Shown here: one piece after another, positions 57,771 through 64,000 of the stretch
Layout of the letters: each line of letters begins with the position of its first letter
How positions within the stretch are numbered: position 1 is the stretch's first letter
Assembly: GCF_000006765.1 (NCBI RefSeq)
Contig: NC_002516.2
Direction: 5' to 3' (one strand)
Source of the DNA: Pseudomonas aeruginosa PAO1
GTDB taxonomy: Bacteria > Pseudomonadota > Gammaproteobacteria > Pseudomonadales > Pseudomonadaceae
DNA length: 64,000 bases
Notes under the pieces: model-generated
Seen by the model: only the letters and a program-made list of their open reading frames with translations
Databases searched by the model: none
Told to the model about the DNA's origin: nothing
Translations under genes and position numbers: made by a program

Positions 57771-58096
57771 TGCGCTTCCTCGAACACGACGAGGCGGACG
57801 ACCCGATCCTCTCGATGGTCAACCTGATCGACCTGTTCCTGGTGGTGATCGGCATCCTCCTGATCGTCATCGTGCAGAACCCGCTCAACCCATTCAGCCA
57901 GGACAAGGTGGTGGTGGTCGAGAACCCCGGCGAGGCGGACATGCGCATGCTGGTCAAGGACGGCAAGGAGCTGAAGCGCTACCAGGCCAGCGGCGAGATC
58001 GGCGAAGGGCAGGGCAGCCGCGCCGGAGTGACCTACCGCTTGGCCGACGGACGGATGATCTACGTGCCGGAGAGCGGCGGGGAGGCCGGCAAGTAG
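57770..58096 (+). CDS. DUF2149-like ExbD/MotB-like single-pass protein, 108 aa
   Basis: 'DDPILSMVNLIDLFLV' and C-terminal 'G..YRLADG..IYVPE'; TGATG coupling. Confidence 0.82.
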   Translation: MRFLEHDEADDPILSMVNLIDLFLVVIGILLIVIVQNPLNPFSQDKVVVVENPGEADMRMLVKDGKELKRYQASGEIGEGQGSRAGVTYRLADGRMIYVPESGGEAGK

Positions 58097-58176
58097 CGAC
58101 GCGTACGGCGGAGAGCTGGGACTTTTGCCCGGAGTTCCCGGATAATGGCCGGTTTCCGTTTCTCTTGGTGCTCGCC

Positions 58177-60447
58177 GTGGAAGTAAAGGTCAATTTTCTC
58201 GATAACCTTCGACTGGAAGCCAGGTTCGATGATTTCACGGTGATCGCCGACCAGCCGATCCGCTACAAGGGCGACGGCTCCGCGCCGGGGCCGTTCGACT
58301 ACTTCCTGGCGTCGTCGGCGCTGTGTGCCGCCTACTTCGTCAAGCTGTACTGCCAGACGCGCAACATCCCCACCGACAACATACGCCTGTCGCAGAACAA
58401 CATCGTCGACCCGGAGAACCGCTACCGGCAGATCTTCAAGATCCAGGTGGAACTGCCGGCCGACATCTCGGAGAAGGACCGCCAGGGCATCCTCCGCTCC
58501 ATCGACCGTTGCACGGTGAAGAAGGTGGTGCAGACCGGACCCGAGTTCGTCATCGAGGAGGTCGACAACCTCGATGCCGACGCCCAGGCACTGCTGATGC
58601 CCGGCACCGATGCCGCCGGCTGCACGCGCATCCCGGGCAAGGACCTGCCGCTGGAGCAGACCATCGCCAACCTGTCGGCCATCCTCGCCGGCCTCGGCAT
58701 GAAGATCGAGATCGCCTCCTGGCGCAACATCGTGCCCAACGTCTGGTCGCTGCACATCCGCGATGCGCAGTCGCCGATGTGCTTCACCAACGGCAAGGGC
58801 GCGAGCAAGGAAAGCGCGCTGGCCTCGGCGCTGGGCGAATTCATCGAGCGGCTGAACTGCAACTTCTTCTACAACGACCAGTACTGGGGAGAAGAGATCG
58901 CCAATGCGGCGTTCGTCCATTACCCGGACGAACGCTGGTTCAAGCCCGGCCGCGACGATGCGCTGCCGCTGGGACTGCTCGACGGCCATTGCCTGGCGAT
59001 CTACGACCCCGACGGCGAGCTGCGTGGCTCGCACCTGTACGACACCAACTCGGGCAACGTGCAGCGCGGTATCTGCGCCTTGCCCTTCGTGCGCCAGTCC
59101 GACGGCCAGGTGGTGTATTTCCCCTCCAACCTGATCGAGAACCTCTACCTCAGCAACGGCATGAGCGCCGGCAATACCCTGGCCGAAGCGCAGGTGCAGT
59201 GCCTGTCGGAGATCTTCGAGCGCGCGGTCAAGCGGCAAATCCTCGAAGGCGAGCTGGCGCTGCCGGACGTGCCGCCGGAGGTGCTGGCCAAGTACCCGGG
59301 CATCCTCGCCGGGATCCGCGGCCTGGAAGAGCAGGGCTTCCCGGTACTGGTCAAGGACGCCTCGCTGGGCGGCGAATTCCCGGTGATGTGCGTGACCCTG
59401 ATGAATCCGCGCACCGGTGGCGTGTTCGCTTCCTTCGGCGCCCACCCGAGCTTCGAGGTGGCCCTGGAGCGCAGCCTGACCGAACTACTCCAGGGGCGCA
59501 GCTTCGAAGGCCTGAACGACCTGCCCCAGCCGACCTTCGAAAGCCATGCGCTGACCGAGCCGAACAACTTCGTCGAGCATTTCATCGATTCCAGCGGCGT
59601 GGTGTCCTGGCGCTTCTTCAGCGCCAAGGCCGATTTCCCGTTCGTCGAGTGGGACTTCACCCGGCAGGGCGAGGCTGCCAACGCCGAGGAAGCCGCGACC
59701 CTGTTCGGCATCCTCGAAGCCATGGGCAAGCAGGTCTACATGGCGGTGTACGAGCACCTCGGCGCTACGGCCTGCCGGATCCTGGTGCCGGGCTACTCGG
59801 AAATCTATCCGGTGGAAGACCTGATCTGGGACAACACCAACAAGGCCCTGGCGTTCCGCGAGGACATCCTCAACCTGCACCGCCTCGACGACGCCGCGCT
59901 CGGGGCGTTGCTGGAGCGCCTGGAAGACTGCGAGGTGGACGACTACACCGACATCACCACGCTGATCGGCGTCGAGTTCGACGACAACACGGTCTGGGGC
60001 CAACTGACCATCCTCGAGCTGAAAGTGCTCATCGGCCTCGCCCTGAAGCGCTTCGAAGACGCCAAGGAAGGCGTGGAGGCGTTCCTCCAGTACAACGACA
60101 ACAGCGTCGAGCGCGGCCTGTTCTACCAGGCGCTGAACGTGGTGCTGGAGGTCGTCCTCGACGACGAGCTGGAGATCGCCGACTACGAGGCCAATTTCCG
60201 CCGCATGTTCGGCGACGCGCGGATGGATGCCGCGCTGGGCTCGGTGGACGGCAGCGTGCGCTTCTTCGGCCTGACGCCGACCAGCATGAAGCTGGAAGGG
60301 CTCGACCGGCACCTGCGGCTGATCGACAGCTACAAGAAGCTGCACGCGGCGCGAGCCAGGATGCAGCCCGTGGTCGACGGCGAGGCCGGCGCTGCCGCGG
60401 CTGGCGGTCTCAAGCCTCGGCGCATGGCGATCCGCAAGCGCAAGTGA
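58177..60447 (+). CDS. OsmC-domain / YcaO-domain fusion protein (~756 aa; GTG start inferred)
   Basis: OsmC 'DQP...G.GSAPGP...LASSALC' and 'IDRCTV'; YcaO 'TNGKG', 'SALGEFIER' and 'SNGMSAGNT..EA......EIFER'. Confidence 0.85.
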   Translation: MEVKVNFLDNLRLEARFDDFTVIADQPIRYKGDGSAPGPFDYFLASSALCAAYFVKLYCQTRNIPTDNIRLSQNNIVDPENRYRQIFKIQVELPADISEKDRQGILRSIDRCTVKKVVQTGPEFVIEEVDNLDADAQALLMPGTDAAGCTRIPGKDLPLEQTIANLSAILAGLGMKIEIASWRNIVPNVWSLHIRDAQSPMCFTNGKGASKESALASALGEFIERLNCNFFYNDQYWGEEIANAAFVHYPDERWFKPGRDDALPLGLLDGHCLAIYDPDGELRGSHLYDTNSGNVQRGICALPFVRQSDGQVVYFPSNLIENLYLSNGMSAGNTLAEAQVQCLSEIFERAVKRQILEGELALPDVPPEVLAKYPGILAGIRGLEEQGFPVLVKDASLGGEFPVMCVTLMNPRTGGVFASFGAHPSFEVALERSLTELLQGRSFEGLNDLPQPTFESHALTEPNNFVEHFIDSSGVVSWRFFSAKADFPFVEWDFTRQGEAANAEEAATLFGILEAMGKQVYMAVYEHLGATACRILVPGYSEIYPVEDLIWDNTNKALAFREDILNLHRLDDAALGALLERLEDCEVDDYTDITTLIGVEFDDNTVWGQLTILELKVLIGLALKRFEDAKEGVEAFLQYNDNSVERGLFYQALNVVLEVVLDDELEIADYEANFRRMFGDARMDAALGSVDGSVRFFGLTPTSMKLEGLDRHLRLIDSYKKLHAARARMQPVVDGEAGAAAAGGLKPRRMAIRKRK

Positions 60448-60512
60448 GGAGGGCGCCGAGGTCAGGGCGCGCGGATGATCATGAGGGAAACTTGATTTCA
60501 TCACGAAGAAAT

Positions 60513-60525
60513 TGAGTTTGTCTCA
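60513..60525. promoter_or_regulatory. Possible MetR/LysR-type site upstream of metE
   Basis: TGAG-TTTGT-CTCA (T-N11-A dyad, resembling TGAA-N5-TTCA). Confidence 0.35.
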
Positions 60526-60579
60526 TGGCATGAGCCTCACGAGAATCCCTCCATCGACCTTTCGACTGGAGGAACACCC

Positions 60580-62880
60580 ATGGCCCTGGCCCACACTCTC
60601 GGCTTCCCACGCATCGGACGCGATCGCGAACTGAAAAAAGCCCAGGAAGCGTTCTGGAAGGGCGAGCTGGACGAGGCCGGCCTGCGGGCCGTCGGTCGGC
60701 AGCTGCGCGCTGCCCACTGGCAGGTACAGAAGGATGCCGGCATCCAGTTGCTGCCGGTCGGCGATTTCGCCTGGTATGACCAGGTGCTGACCCATTCGCT
60801 GACCTTCGGCGTGATCCCCGAGCGCTTCCGGGCGCACGGCGAGGCCGGGCCGACCCTGCATACCCTGTTCGGCATGGCCCGTGGCGTCAGCGACGACAGT
60901 TGTTGCGGCGGTGCCCATGCCCAGGAAATGACCAAGTGGTTCGACACCAACTATCACTACCTGGTCCCCGAGTTCAGCGCCGATCAGCAGTTCCAGCTGA
61001 GCTGGGAACAACTGTTCGAGGAGGTCGACGAGGCCAGGGCCCTCGGCCACCAGGTGAAGCCGGTGCTGATCGGTCCGCTGACCTACCTGTGGCTGGGCAA
61101 GGCCAAGGGCGCCGAGTTCGACAGGCTCGACCTGCTGGACCGCCTGCTGCCGCTCTACGGCCAGATCTTCCGTCGTCTCGCCGGCCAGGGCGTGGAGTGG
61201 GTGCAGATCGACGAGCCGATCCTGGTCCTCGACCTGCCGCAGGCATGGAAGAATGCCTTCGAGCGCGCCTACAACCTGCTACAGAGCGAGCCGCTGAAGA
61301 AGCTGGTCGCCACCTACTTCGGCGGCCTGGAAGACAACCTGGGCCTGGCCGCCAACCTCCCGGTGGACGGCCTGCACATCGACCTGGTGCGAGCGCCGGA
61401 ACAGTATCCGAGCATCCTCGACCGCCTGCCGGCCTACAAGGTCGTCTCGCTGGGCCTGGTCAACGGGCGCAACGTCTGGCGCTGCGACCTGGAGAAAGCC
61501 CTGGAGGTGGTGCGCCATGCCCGGGAGCGCCTGGGCGAGCGGCTGTGGGTCGCGCCGTCCTGCTCGCTGCTGCACAGCCCGGTGGACCTGGAACGCGAAG
61601 ACGGGCTGGACGCCGAGCTGAAGAGCTGGCTGGCCTTCGCCGTGCAGAAGTGCCGCGAAGTCGCGGTGCTGGCCCGTGCCGCCACTGAGCCGGAAGCCGC
61701 CGAGGTGCTTGCCGCCCTGGAAGAGAGCCGTGCGGTCCAGGCCAGCCGCGCTTCCTCGCCGCGAATCCACAAGCCGGCCGTGCAGGCGCGCCTGGCCGCG
61801 ATCAAGGCCAGCGACGCCCAGCGTCGCTCGCCGTTCGCCGAACGCATCGCCAGGCAGCGTGCCGGGCTCGACCTGCCGGCGTTCCCGACCACTACCATCG
61901 GCTCTTTCCCGCAGACCTCGTCGATCCGCCTGGCCCGCCAGTCGTTCAAGCAGGGCAAGCTGAGCGAGGCCGAGTACATCGAGGCGATGCACAGCGAGAT
62001 CCGCCATGCGGTGCAGATCCAGGAACAACTGGGGCTGGACGTGCTGGTACATGGCGAAGCCGAGCGCAACGACATGGTCGAGTACTTCGCCGAGCAACTG
62101 GACGGCTACGTCTTCACCCGCTTCGGCTGGGTGCAGAGCTACGGCTCGCGCTGCGTGAAGCCGGCGGTGATCTATGGCGACCTGAGCCGTCCGCGGGCCA
62201 TGACCGTGGAGTGGATCAGGTACGCCCAGAGCCTTACCGACAAGGTGATGAAGGGCATGCTGACCGGCCCGGTGACCATGCTGATGTGGTCCTTCCCGCG
62301 CGAGGACGTGTCTCGCGAGGTGCAGGCGCGCCAGTTGGCCCTGGCGATCCGCGACGAAGTGGTCGACCTGGAGGCCGCCGGCATCAGGATCGTGCAGATC
62401 GACGAGGCGGCTTTCCGCGAAGGCCTGCCGCTGCGCCGCAACGCCTGGCCGCACTATCTGGAGTGGGCCACCGAGGCCTTCCGCCTGTGCGCCTCCGGAG
62501 TCCGCGACGAAACCCAGATCCATACGCACATGTGCTACAGCGAGTTCAACGATGTGATCGAGTCCATCGCCGCCATGGACGCCGACGTGATCACCATCGA
62601 GACCTCGCGTTCGGACATGGAGCTGCTGGAGGCTTTCGAGCAGTTCGACTACCCGAACGAGATCGGTCCGGGCGTCTACGACATCCACTCGCCACGCGTG
62701 CCGAGCCGGGAAGAGATCGTCGCGTTGCTGCGCAAGGCGGCCCGGCGGATACCCGCCGAGCGGCTCTGGGTCAACCCGGACTGCGGCCTGAAGACCCGCG
62801 CCTGGCCGGAAACCGAGGCAGCGCTGGTGAACATGGTCGCCGCGGCCCGCGAACTGCGTGGCGACCTCGCCCGCGGTTGA
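60580..62880 (+). CDS. metE: Cobalamin-independent methionine synthase
   Basis: 'GFPRIG..RELK', 'KWFDTNYHY', '[10 protein letters not shown]', Zn ligands 'HTHMCYSE' and '[11 protein letters not shown]'. Confidence 0.97.
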   Translation: MALAHTLGFPRIGRDRELKKAQEAFWKGELDEAGLRAVGRQLRAAHWQVQKDAGIQLLPVGDFAWYDQVLTHSLTFGVIPERFRAHGEAGPTLHTLFGMARGVSDDSCCGGAHAQEMTKWFDTNYHYLVPEFSADQQFQLSWEQLFEEVDEARALGHQVKPVLIGPLTYLWLGKAKGAEFDRLDLLDRLLPLYGQIFRRLAGQGVEWVQIDEPILVLDLPQAWKNAFERAYNLLQSEPLKKLVATYFGGLEDNLGLAANLPVDGLHIDLVRAPEQYPSILDRLPAYKVVSLGLVNGRNVWRCDLEKALEVVRHARERLGERLWVAPSCSLLHSPVDLEREDGLDAELKSWLAFAVQKCREVAVLARAATEPEAAEVLAALEESRAVQASRASSPRIHKPAVQARLAAIKASDAQRRSPFAERIARQRAGLDLPAFPTTTIGSFPQTSSIRLARQSFKQGKLSEAEYIEAMHSEIRHAVQIQEQLGLDVLVHGEAERNDMVEYFAEQLDGYVFTRFGWVQSYGSRCVKPAVIYGDLSRPRAMTVEWIRYAQSLTDKVMKGMLTGPVTMLMWSFPREDVSREVQARQLALAIRDEVVDLEAAGIRIVQIDEAAFREGLPLRRNAWPHYLEWATEAFRLCASGVRDETQIHTHMCYSEFNDVIESIAAMDADVITIETSRSDMELLEAFEQFDYPNEIGPGVYDIHSPRVPSREEIVALLRKAARRIPAERLWVNPDCGLKTRAWPETEAALVNMVAAARELRGDLARG

Positions 62881-62900
62881 CCGGCGGGCCTGGTGAGCGG

Positions 62901-62923
62901 AACGGGACGCCTGGCGTCCCGTT
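62901..62923. terminator. Perfect inverted repeat between convergent metE and rimJ
   Basis: AACGGGACGCC-T-GGCGTCCCGTT. Confidence 0.65.
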
Positions 62924-62941
62924 GCGCATTTGCACGTCGGT

Positions 62942-63565
62942 TCAGCGCGGAGCGTCCACCAGCGCCCGTAGCACATGGTCTTCCCAGACCCCGGCGATCT
63001 TCAGGTAGGCGCGGGCGTAGCCTTCCTTCTCGAAGCCGAGGCTTTCCAGCAGGCGCTCGCTGCGTGCGTTGCGCGGCAGGTGGCTGGCCATGATCCGGTG
63101 CAGGCCGAGCTGCTCGAAGCAATACCGGTTGGCTACCCGCAGGGCTCGTGCCATCAGGCCGCGGCCCTGCGCCGCAGCGGCCAGGGAAAAGCCCAGGTGG
63201 CAGGCCTGGAATACCCCGCGGACGATATTGGTGTAGCTGCAGCGCCCCAGCACCTCGCCGTCGTCGGGATCGAGCAACAGCAGGAGAAGCGCCTCGCCTT
63301 CGTCCATGCTCGCCACCTGTAGCAGGGTGCGGGCGCGGGCGTTGTCCACGGAAAAATACCCCGGGTCGCGCAGCGGCTCCCATGGCGCCAGGTGCTCGCG
63401 GTTGGCGTTCTCGTAGCGGCTGGTCCGGACGAAATCGTCGGGTTGCAGCGCGCGCAGGAGGAAGTCCGCGTCGCGATGCAGTATCGGCACCTGCCGTCGG
63501 TTGCCCGGCAAGCCCCTCGGGTAGTCGGGCGGGAAGGGCGCCAGGGCGGACTTGAAGTCATTCAT
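62942..63565 (-). CDS. rimJ: RimJ/RimL-family N-acetyltransferase
   Basis: '[10 protein letters not shown]', '[14 protein letters not shown]', '[29 protein letters not shown]'. Confidence 0.88.
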
Positions 63566-63854
63566 AGAACTTGCCCGCCAGCATCAGCTGCGCCGCGCGC
63601 CGCCAGGCATTCTCCGGCCTGGAATAGCCCGGCAGGCCGTCGCGGGAGTCCTCGCCCCAGGTCGCGGCGGCATCGAGGAAGCCACCGATGCTGCCGTTCT
63701 CCCAACCCAGCGGGCTGGGGCCGAACGGTTTCGGCGGGTTGGCGGCGGCGAGGCGGCGGTCTTCCTCCCAGTCCGCCGCCAGCGCGGCGAGGAAGCGCAG
63801 GAAACCCGCTTCGTCCTCGACCTGTTCGGCCAGCGCGTAGAGATCGGTTGCCAT
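63558..63854 (-). CDS. Conserved small hypothetical protein, 98 aa
   Basis: AGGAGG SD; '[16 protein letters not shown]' and '[15 protein letters not shown]'; overlaps the rimJ start by 8 bp. Confidence 0.8.
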   Translation of the reverse strand: MATDLYALAEQVEDEAGFLRFLAALAADWEEDRRLAAANPPKPFGPSPLGWENGSIGGFLDAAATWGEDSRDGLPGYSRPENAWRRAAQLMLAGKFYE

Positions 63855-64000
63855 GTGCTTCCTCCTGGAAGTGGGTTTCGGGATACGACGGCGCGAGGTC
63901 GGAGCGCGGTCAGTCCGGGCGCAGCGATCATAGCGCGGACCGGCGCTGGCATGGCTCGCAGCCTGGCTGATGCACGGGCGCGGGGCGATTGTCTGGGCGT

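Overview
High-GC Pseudomonas aeruginosa chromosomal segment. From recall, gene order matches PAO1 loci ~PA1876-PA1929; no database search was run. In order, the window holds: the end of a type I secretion operon (bap-like), HD/XRE genes, a Tat-exported Mo-oxidoreductase pair, a guanidine-II riboswitch-gdx(sugE)-nuoA-paralogue unit, an XRE/GNAT pair, polB, a secreted PLA2-like plus lipoprotein hydrolase pair, GST, the 7-gene QscR-activated operon, qscR, phzA2-G2, the fem (mycobactin-type) siderophore signalling/uptake cluster, a halovibrin-like secreted protein, a PucR-regulated amine/amino-acid module, nrdD/nrdG, a Zur-boxed TonB receptor-CobN-ExbB-like-DUF2149 cluster, an OsmC-YcaO fusion, metE and rimJ. 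I found no CRISPR array, rRNA, tRNA or transposase. Top leads: (1) the class III ribonucleotide reductase is split, with its glycyl-radical motif on a separate 48-aa gene that the ORF track missed; (2) a Zur-boxed, apparently periplasmic CobN-like system with no ATPase partners, a candidate metal-tetrapyrrole dechelation/scavenging system; (3) the QscR-controlled operon looks like a biosynthetic cluster for an unidentified acyl-amide/lipid; (4) a secreted phospholipase A2-motif protein; (5) an orphan NuoA paralogue behind a guanidine riboswitch.
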